Shown: in pieces, positions 35,701 through 50,700 of the stretch
Numbering within the stretch: the first letter of the stretch is position 1
Layout: each line of letters begins with the position of its first letter
Assembly: GCA_030390025.1 (NCBI GenBank)
Contig: CM059428.1
Coordinates: 17,174,001-17,238,000 of the forward strand
From: Squalus acanthias
Taxonomy: Eukaryota
DNA length: 64,000 nt
Direction: 5' to 3'
Notes under the pieces: generated by a model
The model's input: only the letters and a program-made list of their open reading frames with translations
The model's database searches: none
What the model was told of the DNA's origin: nothing
Position numbers and translations under genes: made by a program

Positions 35701-38700
35701 ATAATGCAGCGCTCCTGCAGTACTGCACCCAAGTATCAGCTGAGATTATGTTCTCAAGGTCAAAGTGAGGCTTCAACACACAACTTTATACCTCAGCACC
35801 AAGAGTATTGATGAATCTTGAATTGTAATTTTTCAATATGTTGGAGTTCCACCTTAACAGTTATATTCACATGCTGTTAGTTACAGCACATTTACAATAC
35901 AACTTCAACTTCAAAAAATAATACTTTGGGGGGAAATGGCTTAAGTATAGATATGGTATGTGAATTGAGAATTTTAACTTTGAAGATTTGTCCACACATT
36001 CACTACTGGGGACAGCTGACCTAGCAGAAGGCTCTTATTTTGACACCGAAAAACACTTTGGGCTGATGTGATCAGGCTTTATCGCCTGATTTTAAAGAGC
36101 TTTTGGAACTGACTTGTGGCAAATCGCAAGGTCTTTTTTAAAGAGGCTCTACATTCAAAATAGATGGGTTAAAGCGGGAGAAGATATTTTATCCATTCTT
36201 TTCATGATGCATATTCTTAGAGTAAGATTAAATACAAGAGACTGGGCTGCAGTCCCATGTGTAGGTTAGCCTTTTGGTACCTTTCAAAAGTGGCCATTCA
36301 TGTGTGAATCGAGACAGTGAGTGTCAGCTGGCTATTGCCTGCAGGAAGCATGATCCTGTTGCTCTTGGTCCATAAACGTGCACTTCCAGGAGAGGTCACT
36401 GTATAGTGATCGGGAATGGGAGCCCTGGTTAGTTATTTATTTTTCTCTTTCCCATCCCAAATGCTAAAGCCAATTGCAGTGCCCTACCACTGAGATCAGC
36501 TTGTTTGGCACAGATCAAGTGTCAGATCTGTGATCTGTCTGGTCTGCCACTGGATAAACTTGCTGAGCTAATGCAAAGTAAGTGTTAACTATAGAATGTG
36601 CCATCTTGGTGCAGATGTTTTGGTTAAGCATGGTGAAAAGAAATTGCCTCCTACATTTCTTTTGCTAAACAACTTGTGCATCTTTATTTTCATTACACAG
36701 CGATTCAGGACTGAGTTTGCAGAGGGAAAAATCACTGGAAAGGTAAGTTGCCAAATATATTCTCGTTCAGAATTCGTGACGTTGTGAATTTTTCATGCTC
36801 TTGAGTTAAGTATAGTTGAGCATCATTGTAAAATACCATTAACAAGATTAACCTTAATTCCATTCAAATTGTCTGTTTCTGAAAATTTCAAGTGTTGGTT
36901 CAACCTTCTGGTCACCAGATCTTTTGCTTTGTGATTAAGCAGAATCTAAGCCTGCTCTGATGTAGCTAAATTTTGACTTTTGGGTTTGAAAGAAATTTTT
37001 ACAGGTTGTGGTTTACCTTGTGAAGAGATGAACCATGCAACAATTTGTCTTAAGTATTTTTGCTGAATCTTGTACCAAAGCAAGTGAAATAAAAACAGCA
37101 AATACTGGAAATACACAGCAACTCAACTAACATCTGAAAAGACTTAACTGTCATAAACATGCTACCTCCTTCCTGTATACTTACTTTATTGCCATCCATC
37201 CCTCCCTCCCTCCCCCATATTCTCCTAGTCTCTAGCATTGGTGTCCCGTCCAATGGGCTGGTGTGACTCGTGTGCTTGGGGAAATGCGGTGCATTAGATA
37301 CACCTTTCACCTTGGATCTGGATTTTAGTCTGGCTCAGATTGATGGTATAAAAAGTCTGGGCTGTATACCCTCATGGAAGGACAATGATAATTCATTTCT
37401 TTGTAGTCTGACTCCACATAGCAAAATGCTTACAAATCGGCACTCTGAGTAAACAAAGATGGGTAAATGTGTAAGATGGAATTGTTAAAGGTGCAATAGA
37501 GGTGTTAGGCGGTTGCAGGTAATACACGCCCTGCAGGTACATATTCGATGCATTGAATGTTTGCTCTCATGCTATCGAGGTTATACTGCTAACACTTTGA
37601 TTTCTTTTGAAACTTGGAGTACCACTACATACATCCTACTATGCCTCGCATAACATTGGCCTATGCGCAATGATCTTTTTTTGGGTAGGCATCAATGGAG
37701 AGGGTGTGACTGAGTTTAGTGGCACAATCTGGATTTGTACTGCATTTACACATTAACTGTAAGTACAACAGAAGCATGCTGCTAGGTATGCTGAGTCAGT
37801 GTAGAAGCTACCCTGCATATAACCTCTGCTAGCATTTGCCTTGTGGCTGTTCTAATAGTTTCATTTCTGTTTTCCATAGCTATTGTAATAGCCAGTTAAA
37901 AAAATTCCTGCAATGCAATCCTCTATTTTAAGTACGCTTAACTTGCGAAAGTGCTAAATGGGCGTTCAACATTTCCGATCTATATTTTGGCACAATCTTG
38001 GGATTAGAGTTGAGCTCCCAACACATTGGATAATTGTGATGTCCATCCTCACAGAATTGCTGACACAGAAATAACACTTGGATTTCTCTTTCTCTTTAAG
38101 CGCTATAACTGTTACAAGCATCATTGGACTGATACTAGAAAGTCGGTGGTCCTTGAAGTTACACCTGGAGGGATAGATCAGATTGATCCTTCGACTAATA
38201 AAATTCTCTGTTCCTATGACTACAAAAACATTGAAGGGTTTGCGGAACTGTCTGATTATCAGGGAGGGTTTTGTATAATTCACGGAGGATTTAGTCGATT
38301 GGTAAGCGCTTTTTTTGTCATTCTTTTGATTTGCTAGTATTCACGGTAACGTGCCTATTTATACAAGCAGCAATCTAATCCCAATGTTTTTGGAGAAGTG
38401 ATTTCTGTAACGATGAAGAATTTGCTTTTTCTGAAATTTATTATTTTCTTGCATTGGAAATGTAAACTGTGCATATCTTGTGATATGTTGAATAACTGAC
38501 CAATTTGAGCATCCACTGTATTTTGGTTTGAACTTGCAACCTCAGTGGTTAGTGACTTCTCATCCTCGGTGATTTCAGCCTCCATCTCCATTCACCTTGC
38601 CCTCTCTCCTCTGAGTTCACTGCCCTCCTGTGCTCCCTTAACCTCTCCCTCCATATAAACTCTCCTACCCATATTCACAGCCAATCTCATGTGGCCTCTC

Positions 38701-41700
38701 TACTCCCATTGTCTCAATCATAGATCAGGCCATCTCTGATCACTTCCTTTTATCCCTCTGCACTCGCATCCCTTTTCTCCCCTCCCAACCCTGCATCTGC
38801 CCCTGGGGGGAAAAAACTTCCCCGAGCTACTTAAAACGGTACTTTCAAATTCCCAACTGTCTATCCTTTGGCACTCCACTCACCACAATTTCTGCAGCTA
38901 CCGATCTGCTCAATTGCATCCTCACCTCCACCTTTTGATGCCTTTGTCCCCAGTTGTACCTTATTCTCTTCCACCCTGGTACGGCCTCCATCTCCACTCC
39001 CTTAAGTCCAAGGGACACAGACTTGAACATTTATGGCAGAGAACAGGTTTCGCCATTCATCGCCAGTTATGGCTGGACCACAAAGCACTAGCGGGTCCTG
39101 CTCTCATGTCAAAACTGCTCACTACTCCAGATCATTCTGGAATGCAAAGATAACCCCCAGCTTCTCTTCTGCACAAACTACTGTCTTAAACCACTCCCCC
39201 ATGCCCCCCTCACCCTCACCTGCAACATCAAGTGCAAGGAGCTCATGGACTTCTTTATCACTAAGATTGCGATCATGCGTTCAGCTGCCTCTGTCGCATC
39301 TCTCCCTTCACCTAGCTCACCAAGCAAAACTTCCCAAAGTTACCCCCTCGCCCTAGCTCTGAAATCTCACCTTTCTCTAGTTTCTCTCCTATCTCCCCAT
39401 ATGCTCTCAATGAGCTCATTTTGTCCGAGACCACCTCCTGCTCTCGACCCTATTCCCACTAAATTGCTGGCCATGCAACTTCCCTTCTGGCGTTCGTGCA
39501 AGCTGATACTGTAAACGGTTCCCTATCCTCTGGTACTGTGCCCCTCCCTTTCAAATCTGCTGTCATCATCCCCTCCTATCCTTGCAAACTGCTGCCCCAT
39601 CTCCACCTTCCCTTTCAAGTCTTGAACGTGTTGTTGCCTTCCAAATCCGTGCCTATCTTTTCCAGAACACACTGTTTGAGGCTCAGGTTTCCACTCCTGC
39701 CACAGCACTGAAACCGCCCTTATCAAAGTCACAAATGACATCCTATGTGACTGACAGTGGTGCACTGTCCCTCCTCATCTTTCACGACCTGTCTGCAGTC
39801 ATTGACACCGTTGACCACACCATTCTCCTCTAATGTCTCTCCTCCATTGTCCAGCTGAGTGGGACAGCCTTCATCTGGTTCCATTCTTATCTAACCAGCA
39901 GTAGACAGAGAATACCCTGCAATGGATTATCCTCCTGCTCCTGCACTATTGCCTCTGGAGTCCCCCAAGGATCCATCCATGATCCCCTCTCCTATTTCAA
40001 ATCTAGATGCTGCCACTCAGCGACGTCCTCCGAAAAAAAAGTCCGATTCCACATGCATGCTGACACCCAGCACTACATCACTAACCCTCTCGACCCCTTC
40101 ACTGCCCATGATTTGTCACGGTGCTTGTCCGACATCCAATATTGGATGAGCTTCTCCAATTAAATATTGGAAGACCAAAGCCATTAATTTTGGCCCTCGC
40201 CATCAACTCTCTTCCTTGGCCGCTGTCTGGGGCTGAACCAGACTGTTTGCATCCTATTTGACCCTGAACTGAGCTTCCGACCCTTTTATCCTCTCGATGA
40301 CCAAGACCACCGACTTCCACCTCAGTAATAACGCCAGTCTCCGCTCCTGCCTCAGCCCATCTGCTGTTGAAACCCTCATTCATGCCTTTGCCTCCAAACT
40401 GAACTATTCCAATGCTTGCTTAGCCATCTTCCACCCTCCATAAAGTTGAGCTCATCCAAGACTCAGCTGCCTGTATCCTAACTTCCACCAAGTCCCGTTC
40501 TCCGATCACCCCGTGCACGTTGACTCAGATTGGCTCCCGGTCCAGCTAGGCCTAAATTTAAAACACTCATCCTTGTGTTCAAATCCCTCAATGATCTTGT
40601 CCCTCTATCTCTGTAACCTCCTCAAGCCCTGCAACCCTCCAAGAACTCGTGTTCCTCCAGTTTTGGCCTCTTGTGCATCTCCAGCTTCTTTCGCCCCTCC
40701 ATTGATGGCTGTGTCTTCAGCTGTCTAGGCCCCAAACAGTGGAATTCCCTCCGTCTCGCTACCTTTCTCTTCCTTTTTAAGACGCTCCTTAAAACCTACC
40801 TCTTTGACCAGCTTTTGGTCGCCTGCCCTAATATCTCTTTACATGGCTCGGTGTCAGATTTTGTATGATAATGCCCCTATGAAGCGCCTTGGGACATTTT
40901 ACCACGTGGCATAGTGGTTAGCACTGGTGTCTCACAGCGCCAGGGACCCGGGTTCGAATCGGACCTCGGGTGAATGTCTGTGTGGAGTTTGCACATTCTC
41001 CCCGTGTCTGCGTGGGTTTCCTCCGGGTGCTCCGGTTTCCTCCTACAGTCCAAAAATGTGCGGGTTAGGTTGATTTGGCTATGATAAATTGACCCTTAGT
41101 GTTAGGGGGGGATTAAATATGTGGGGGTTGTGGGGTTATGGGGATAGGATGGGATATGTTAGGGGGAATTAAATACGTGGGGTTATGGGGGTAGGGTGGG
41201 ATTTGTGTACTGTGGGGATTAAAGCAGGGATAGGGTACTGGATTTGGATGATCAGCCATGATCGTATTGAATGGTGGAGCAGGCTCGATGGGCCGAATGG
41301 CCTACTCCTGCTCCTAGATTCTATGTTTCTATATAATTGAAAGCTGTTGATACCTTTGCTGCAAGATCAGTGAGGTTACATTTGCAGTTCAGTAATTCAT
41401 TCTCAATCAGTGCTTCCTGTTGTAATTCCAGCACCTTTTCGCATCTGAACATAGGGAAGAGATGATCAAAAGTGCAATTGATCATGCAGGCAACTCTATC
41501 GGTATCTCTTTGCGCCTCCGGAAAGAACCATTTGAGTTTGATTTGTACCAGAATCACCGTTTTGGAAAATACAGCAACGATGAATCTATTACATCGCTAG
41601 CAGAATTCATTGTGCAAAAAATTGCACGTAGGCATCGGGTAAGTTACTTTTTAAGATGCCAGGTTAAGGAGTGATTACTAAGGAATAACTTTTTGAGGAG

Positions 41701-44700
41701 TTGATCATAAACTGCCTGAGCAATGTCTTCAACCCAGAAATATGTGGCGGAGAATGTTGTGTATTCTTCAACCTAGAGCTGTAGACTATCTTGCCTCTAG
41801 TTTATGGTTTTATTTTTATTGTTGAGTAGCAACACATATGCTCGCACATGTGGGAAATATTGTTTCATTTCTGCCAACTTTGCTTTTTTCTAGGATCCAG
41901 TAAAGAGAGTATTAGCACTTACAGAAACTTGTTTAGTGGAACGTGATCCAGCCACCTACAATATTGTAACATTAAAGCCTTTGGGAGAGGTTAGTATCAT
42001 TTTAGACCAATTTATTAATTCCCTTTTAACAGTATGCCATTCCCTGACAGAGCAGGGAAGTCACTCGCTCCAAAGTGGTTGTCTAAGCTATTCTAGCTAC
42101 TGGGAGACAATGTAGTGCATCTGTGTGAGTTTGTCAACTTGTATAGGAATTTGAGAGAGAGAAAAAAGAAAGACTTGCATTTATATAGCGTCCATCACGA
42201 CCGCCGGATGTCCCAAAGCACTTTACAGCCAATGGCGCACTCTTTGAAGTGTAGTCACTGCTGCAATGTAGAAAGGTGTAGAGTATTACTACACACACAC
42301 GTTCTACCCTGCTAAATTGCCCTTATTGAAGAGGCATTTATAAAGTGCCTTGTAGACTGTCAAACCCAAAGCATTTCACATACTTTTAACTGCTCCATTC
42401 ACAATGGGCCTGTATTTTCCGATCGGAGGCTTCCCGCGTGCGGAGGCCTCCGATCTGGAAAAAATCTACGCACTTACCTGAGTGCTCCCGAGGTGCGTAT
42501 AGTTCCGTTCCTGGGCGCCTCCAACTCAAGTGCGCAGGGCCCATGTATCCCAGGGGCGCATGCGGTTCACAAGTGTCCCTGGGATCACGTGGGCCATGGG
42601 GAGCCAAAGAAGGGAATCTCCCTTCATGGAGATCAATGAAAAAACATAGTAAAACATTAAAAAAAATAAATTTACAAACCATCACCTTTTTAAAATGAGT
42701 TAAATTACAATAAATTAAATATTTTAAACATTTTATTTTTTGAAAAAAATAGTTTTTTACAGGGGCTAAAAATAAACTGCTTTTACCAGGTGTAAGAATT
42801 CTAAGGGTTTTCTGTGGGCGGAGGGTCTTCAGAAAGCGGAACTGTCCGCCCACAGAGGCCCTTCCCAGGGCAGGCGTCCAATCGGTCAAGAGCATTCTTG
42901 ACAGATTGGAAATGTCGGTTTTCAGCAGCATGCCTGAAACCAGCATTTCCCATGTCCCTACGGGTGGTACACCGCGTACCCACCTGTAGAGATTGGAATA
43001 TCCGGGCCATTATTTAAGTTAGTTTGAAGTGCAGTGACTGTTTTATAGGCAAAATAAATGAGAAGCTTGAGGTAAGAGTGGTGTTTGAAATGCAAGATAC
43101 AAAAATGTTATTTTTGAAGGTCTCTTGGTTGGGATTGTTTGAGACATCAAATATGGCTTATGGCCCACTAGTTGCAGAACATGTTTTTGAAGGTCAAGAA
43201 ATAAAGCTTGATGTTTCACTGCTCTTACAGGTGTTGCCTTCAGAAGGGACAAGCTTCTTCAGTGAACTGTTAAATAACAGCAAAAAGTCAGGTTTCCTAC
43301 TTCAGATTGAAAATTGAAACCCTTAAGCTATTGCCTAGATCAATGCAAATTGCTCCTACCCTGTCTGTTGCAGTAGAAAATATGGAAACCTGGCCTTCAG
43401 AACTTAATTTGAAAGATGCCCTTTCGTGACATCTGCCTGTAATTAGAGTTATCTAGGGAATGGGTTTTGTTTGCAATTGCTTTTTGTTGGTATTGAACAG
43501 ATCGGTTTTAGTTTTTTTAATCACTTCTGAAGACTGCCAGTTGTTTTCCTATGTTGGTGAAATTATTCAACTAGACTGTTAAACATTACTTCAACTGCAA
43601 TGATCTTTTTTCTCCACTTTCCTCCCCTCCCCCCCCCCCCCCCAAAACAGATATTTGCTCTAGTGCTTGATTCTGAAAATCCTCAGCGATTTACTATTGA
43701 ATATATTAAAGGGCAGGTTCATACGTACTCCTCAACTGAAAGGTATGAGATTTTATACATGCTATTGTAATTCAGTTTCCATTGGGTGCCAGGAGGAGAA
43801 AAACAGATCTGCTGTTGAATCCATGAAGAATTCATACAATATTGAAGTGATTCACTTTCTGAATATTTTGACTTGTAAACTGAACTCCAGGGAATTCTAA
43901 TACAAAAGCAAAATACTGCGGTGCTGGAAATCTGAAATAAAAACAAACAACTTTTTCCAGTTCTGACGAAAGGTCATTGACCTGAAACGTTAGCTCTGTT
44001 TCTCTCTCCACAGATGCTGCCTGACCTGCTGAGTATTTCCAGCATTTTGTTTTTATTCTTGGTATTCTAGTCTTCTGGGCTGGCTATTCTAAGTTTTCAG
44101 CTCTCTCTAACTAAAGGAAATGCCTTGCTTATAATATGCCATTTCTCTTTAGCATAATATTTCCAGCAACCCTTTCCATTTCATAGAATCATGCATTATA
44201 GAATCATAGAAGGAGGCCATTTGGCCCATCATGCCTGTGCTGGCTCTGAGTGATCCAATTAGTCCCACTTCCCTGCTCTTACCCCATAACCCTGAAACTC
44301 TTTCCTTTTTAAGTAGAGATCCAATTCCCTTTTGAAAGTTACTATTGAATCTGCTTTCAGTACCCTTTCATGGAATTGGATGCAACCTATTGACATGGGT
44401 AGGGAATTGGTTAGGAGGTAGGAGACAGTAGGGATAATGGGTATGTATTCAAATTGGCACGATGTGACGAGTGGTGTTTGCCAGCGATCTGTACTGGAGC
44501 CTCAGCTTTTCACTATTTTTATAAATGACTTAGATGAAGGAATACATGGCCGTATACCCTAGTTTGCTAACGACACCAAGTTAGGTGGGTCAGTAAATAG
44601 TGTAGATGGGAGCAGAACGTTGCAAAGGGATATTGATAGATTAAGTGAGTGGGCAAAACTGGCAGATGGGGTTCAATGTGGGGAAGTGTATGGTCATCCA

Positions 44701-47700
44701 ACTTTTGACCCAAGAAAGATAGATCAAAGTATTTTGTAAATGGTGAGAAGCTCAGAACTGTGGATGAGCAGAGATTTAGGGGTACAAATGCAGAAATCAC
44801 AAAGCTAGTGGACAGGTACAAAAAAAAATTAAAAATCTATTAATGTTGGCTTTTATCGCAAGGGCACATGAATACAAAGGGATGGATGTTGTATTTATAT
44901 CAAGCTCTGGTTAAACCCCATTAAAAATATCACATTCATTTCTGGGCGGTGCAGCACAGATTCACCAGAATGATACTGGGGCTAAAAGGGTTAAAGTAAG
45001 AGGATATGTTGCATAGACTAGGCTTGTATTCCCTTGAGTGTAGAAGATTAATGGGTGATCTAATTGAGGCGTTTGGGATGATTAAAGGAGTTGATAAGGT
45101 AGATAGGGAGAAACTATTTCCTCTGGTGGGGGAGTCCAGAACGAGGAGGCATAACCTTAAAATTAGAGCTAGACCATTCAGGGATGATGTCAGGAAGCAC
45201 TTCACACAAAGGGTAGAGGAAATCTGGAACTTGCTCTTCCAAAAGGCTGTTGAGGTGAGGTCAATTGAAAATTTCAAATGAGTGACAGTCCCCTCTAACC
45301 AAGTCCAGGTCATTCATTATATATCAAAGAGCTATTTTATGCTTTAAACATAGCTACTTGTTATACTTAGTGCTCCTAGCTCTGTCTCCAAGGTAGGTAT
45401 GCTGTGGCATTATTCTTCACGGTGCCATCTATCTGAGGAATGTGAAATGTTTGCCTCTAGTCTGAGTAGATTCCTCTGCCTCTCTTGTATGTGCTGCAGT
45501 GGACGCCTTGCCTGAGCACACCGTTGCCCCCTCCTTGCGCACACCAGTTTCCCTACACTGAGCCAGAAGTGGGTTTCTCAACTAAAATTTTGTTTTTTTT
45601 GCTGACTAGGTTGGCAAATAATTAAAAATGCACTTTTTTTTTCAATCAATTACGAACGGGAGACAATTTTATTACAGGAGTATGAATCCTGGAGAACCAA
45701 AATTTAAATAGTTTTACCTCCTCCATCCTCTTCTCTCCAAGTTCTACTTGCCATTTTAGAGGGAAGACTCATATTGCAAAAAAGAATTGCTTGAGTCTTA
45801 AGTTATGAGATTAACATGATAACTTAAAAGATTGAGAATTGTATTGTAAAGTCATCAGGTCAACTTTTAACATGACTTTTCAGCATAACTGCAGGAGCAA
45901 TACTTGACTACATTGCCCGCATCTGGATCATGCTTGTGCAAGATTTATTCCATACTATAAAGTCCAATTTATTTAGCACAGCTCCAGACACTTAAAGAAC
46001 TTGCATAGCTGCTCAGGGACTGGTGCTGTCAAATAATCTCAATTTGTCATGTCTTTCCCTACCCAAGCCTCTCTTGTCTTTAAAGAATGATTATTGCATC
46101 TTGGGGGAGTGGTGGGGGGGTGCCCACGATAGAAAAAGATTTTTATTTTACTTGTCAATTTTCCTGCCTCTTCTACAACCATCAGCCTTTTAAAACCAAA
46201 AGTTGATGTCACCTAATCATTGACTGACTAGCTCCTGTTTTCTTTGACTTTTGTGATGCTCTGCACTTTTAAATTTAGTTCAGAAACCAAAGGTCTCGGT
46301 CTTGATTTGAGTTCAATTTTTTTTTAAAGGCTTCTTTAGCCAAACTGTCAGCCATTGGGGAGCCAAGACATACCTGGAACATTTCTAAATTGTACATAAT
46401 GTGGAGCTGGAGTAAGCCATATGGAGCCGATTATGTGATAATTGTTTAAAGATGCAGTAATGTGAAACTAAGGAATTGGTGTTGTAGGGTTCTTAACGCT
46501 TTAGGGTATGAAACTGAAACACTGTAGAATGGTTTTAAAGTCTCTAAATTTTATTGACATGAAGCCTTGGCAGTTTTCCAGATTACGATGCCATAAAACC
46601 TTACCTGGGGAGTGCAACTCTAAACTCAGCATTATCAGTTATCAGTTTTTATATCTTCCGCCCTCCCCTGAAAAAAAAAAAAAGGTCTGTTACTGGCCAG
46701 ATCAACTATAAATAAATGAACTTGTCGTCATCGTCGTCCCTCCTCCCCCGCCGCTTTCTTTCAATTGCTTTCTCAGTTTCAACAGACAGCTGTCTTTTCG
46801 CTAATCTTGATTTTATCTCGTTAGCAAACGGTGTCCTTTTGAAAGTACACAGTTTATCTCTGACAATTTGATGCAATAACACGATCCGTGCCACCGTTTG
46901 AACTTGATCAAGTTTAACAATTTCCTGTGGTCCTTACTCCATACAAACTATCTGTTCCTCGGTAGACTGTCAATCCCAAATTAGTCTACCTGTAATCTCC
47001 TCTCCATTGTATTGACTGCACATGAATCAACCTTCATTTGCTGCTCATACTTGAACCAAATGATGCTCTCTTACCAAGTGTTCACCCTGCTAATCCAGGG
47101 TTTCAAGTTCATTCCTTTATTCATGTCACGGTTCCTGGACAAATGTCGCCTTGACCGTTCCTGTTCCATAGGCATCACTTGGTCTTTATTGAAAGAGCAG
47201 GCACCAAAAAGTCCCTTTCAAAACTTCCAAAATCCTTTAGTGTGCATGTTCTGATTTATCCATTGTATACCCTGGATAAATTGGAGGTTTCTATCTGTGA
47301 ATGATTTCATAGTTCAGGACTGGATTAAAATCATTTGGCTCCATTTGGTTGGCCTCATGTTTCTGAGACTTAGGCTCAATTGTTAAAGAATAACTTGATT
47401 AATCTTGAAATGTTATGGCAGTAAATATGCATATTGCAACTAAATGTATTAAATAAAACTTAAACCAATGTATCTATACTGAACGACTTCATCTCTTATT
47501 CAGAGACTCCTTAATGGCTAGCCTGCTGGATGGAGTGAGAGCTTCTGGTAACAGAGATGTATGTGTAAGAATGATGCCAACTCAAAAGGGGCAGAGATGG
47601 GGGTTACTTAGTATGCCAGTGGATGAAGAAGTAGAAAGTCTACATCTTAGGTTTCTAAATGCCCCCCCAAGTAAGTGAATTTGATTTCTATTTAATCAGC

Positions 47701-50700
47701 AAGATTATTCCTGATGTGTGTCTGCTGCTTCACATTTCTGGTATTTGCCATTGTTTTGAATGTTCGGACTAATGCAGAATTAAATTTGTGGCTACACTAT
47801 ACATTAGTTTTAATATTTTGTACATCGCTAACTATAGTTGTACCTCAACATGCACTCCACAGGCTAACATTTTTAAAACCTCTTTACTGAATGTACTTTT
47901 GAGTGTGGATACACTGTAAAATCTTGTGTTCTGGCATAATAAAAATATCTTTTTACTTCACGTTTACAGCACGCTTGGGGCTTTGAAACAAGTGATATCA
48001 ACCATTTCAGTCCGATAGATGTTCCATCGTCTCAAAGCATGAGCTATGATTAAAATATAATTTAACTAAAGATCAACACAATTGAAGATTATTATTTGCA
48101 GTTGATATTTTGATGGAAAATTCTGTCATTGTACTCAAGTTTAATTTCATGTTGCATTTCAGACGGCAACTTTGCAGATGCAGTATTCAGGTTTAATGCT
48201 AACATCTCATACAGTGGAGTTCTGCATGCAGTGACTCAAGATGTAAGAATGAATTTCCTTAAGTCTTTCAAGTGTCTACTTTTCATTTGCTTGAGGAGGC
48301 ATTAAAGAGAATTGTCTGTTTCCTACAGGGCCTCTTTTCTGAGAACAAAGAGAAACTTATTAATAATGCGATCACTGCATTACTCTCTCAAGAAGGAGAT
48401 CAAACCGCTAATAATGCAGAACTGGAGAGCCAATTTCAGGCTGTAAGGCGATTGGTTGCTTCGAAGGCTGGCTTTCAAGCGTTCACCAGACTGCCTAAGT
48501 AAGAAATCTACTTACTACTTTGGAGGAAGGTCTCCTGACCGGCAGGTGGCTGTGAATTGACGTGCTCCGACTAGTGTTTTAAAAATGTATTTAAAGGATT
48601 TCTCTGCAGTAAGCAGAACAGTGAAACAGAGCAGTAAGTCCTCTACAGTGAGCCAGTCCACAGTTGAGTAATAGATGGGAACTGAATGTAGCTGAGCTGA
48701 ATGTGGGTCTGACTTACCCGTAGCCCATCGGCAAATCTTAACTTGTGCCATCTTGAACTTTCAAGGTTGTCCATGCTGCATGAAATGTAAAGTCTTCCCC
48801 TATCTTATTCCCTGCAATGAATCACTTTTTTTTTCTCCCCTCATGAACACTACCAGTACCTGCAATTGGTTTGAAATTTCCTTTTAGTCTTGTACTTATT
48901 ATAGATTCTTCTTCTTGCCTGTTCACATGCCCCTTTCTCTTAATGAGGCTACCTTTTACTAATGAAGGGATAATACAAACGGAACCCCCACCTTATCTCT
49001 ATCAAACTGAACCAAATAGATAGTGCTTTTATGAGGAGCGCAAGCAGCATAGGCCTGTACTGTATGTGGTTAAAGATATAGGCACAGCTATTATAATTAG
49101 TGTCAGCCGTGGCTCAGTTGGTAGCATGCTCGTTTCTAAGTCAGAAGGTTGTGGGCTCAAGTCCCACTCCAGAGACTAGAGTACAAAAATCTAGGCTGAC
49201 ACTCCAGTGCAGTACTGAGGGAGCGCTGCACTGTAGGAGGTACCGTCTTTCAGATTAGATGTTAAATGTCTGCTCTCTTGGGTGGACGTCAAAGATCCCA
49301 TGGCACTGTTTCGAAGAAGAGCAGGGGAGTTATCCCCGGTATCCTGGCCAATATTTATCCCTCAATCAACATCACTAAAACAGATTATCTGGTTATCGTC
49401 ACATTGCTGTTTGTGGGAGCTTGCTGTGTGCAAATTGACTGCCATGTTTCCTACATTACAACAGTGACTACGCTCTAAATGTAATTGGCTGTAAAGCACA
49501 TTGAGGCATCCTGAGATTGTGAAAGGTGCTATATAAATGCAAGTCTTTTCTTCTCTGCAAGGTATAGATTGGTCTTGATTAGGAAAAGCACAAATGGAAA
49601 GCTACCTAGTAAAATAAATGGACGAGTCTACTATCCTATACCAATTGGCTATTGGTTACAAAGACCATGCTTCTTCAGGAAGCCTCAAATTGGCTGTGTG
49701 GCCAAGAGCAAAGGAATGCAGCCACCTTCAGTAATTGGCACAGTCTTGGTGCTCATGTACAATATATCTTTAAAAATGGAAAAGATCTGCTATTTGGTGT
49801 TTAAATTGACTGTTATCGCCATGATTGGTCGGATACATCAGGTGGAGAGTTAAAACTACCAGTTTATCCTGAAGCTTTATTTGCCTACCATTTTTGAGAA
49901 GTTTGTAAATCTTGGAAAAACTGTTGGAGAGGAGTCCAGTAGAGTAAATGCCCTATGCTTAATACTTTTCAAAGTAATACCATCCAGTTTTAAAGTACAT
50001 TTCACTATATGCCACAGAAACCATCTTGACTTTGAGATTCTCTTACTAATGTGCAACTCTAAGGCCCATCAAATTTTCTGCCCTCTGCTGCACTTCCAGC
50101 TGACTTATGCCAGCAGTGTGCCATTTGGTGCGCAGATATTCGGAGCCAAGGTGTTTCTGTAGGTTCTGTGCCATTGTTTGTAATGTATAACATTCCCCCC
50201 CTTTTTTGTACATTCAGATTTCGGGAGAGGCTTGGTGTGAAGACAGTGAAGGCTTTAAAAAGAAACCATGATGGTGTTACTCATGCTGCCATTGACATGT
50301 TGTGTGCTCTGATGTGTGTAAGTGCAGCATAATACTAAATTTTGAGTGCTATCTCAGTAGCAGATCCAACAAAATTTTTGTACAAAGAATTCATGATTTA
50401 AAACATTAAAGTAAAATTGAGTATATTGTTTACTGTGCAACTAGTGGGTTAAAACCCCTGCCATTTACAGCTGCTTTGTAGCTTAAGCAGTCACAGAATC
50501 TTACAGCACAGAAGGCAGCTATTTGGCCCATTGTGCCTGTGCTGGCTCTTTGAAAGAGCTCTCCAATTAGTCCCACTCCCCTGCTCTTTCCCCAGAAGTT
50601 CTGCAAACTTTTCCTTTTAAGTATATATCCAGTTCCCTTAGGAAGATAATATTGAATCTGCTTCTGCCACCCTTTCAGGTGGTGAATTCCAAATCATAAC

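Noticed and set aside
40903-40975. tRNA-like sequences with A and B boxes (also near 10505-10577, 35510-35584 and 49106-49175)
   Set aside because: They are SINE heads that run directly into V or Deu domains, with no complete cloverleaf or terminator.
43600-43650. Long poly-C tract before a DNAJC13 acceptor
   Set aside because: It serves as an ordinary polypyrimidine tract; similar C runs occur at 14270, 18558 and 31079, and homopolymer length is unreliable.
44183-45281. Adjacent opposite-strand CR1 pieces as a possible twin-priming inversion
   Set aside because: The pieces look like different subfamilies and no enclosing TSD was seen.
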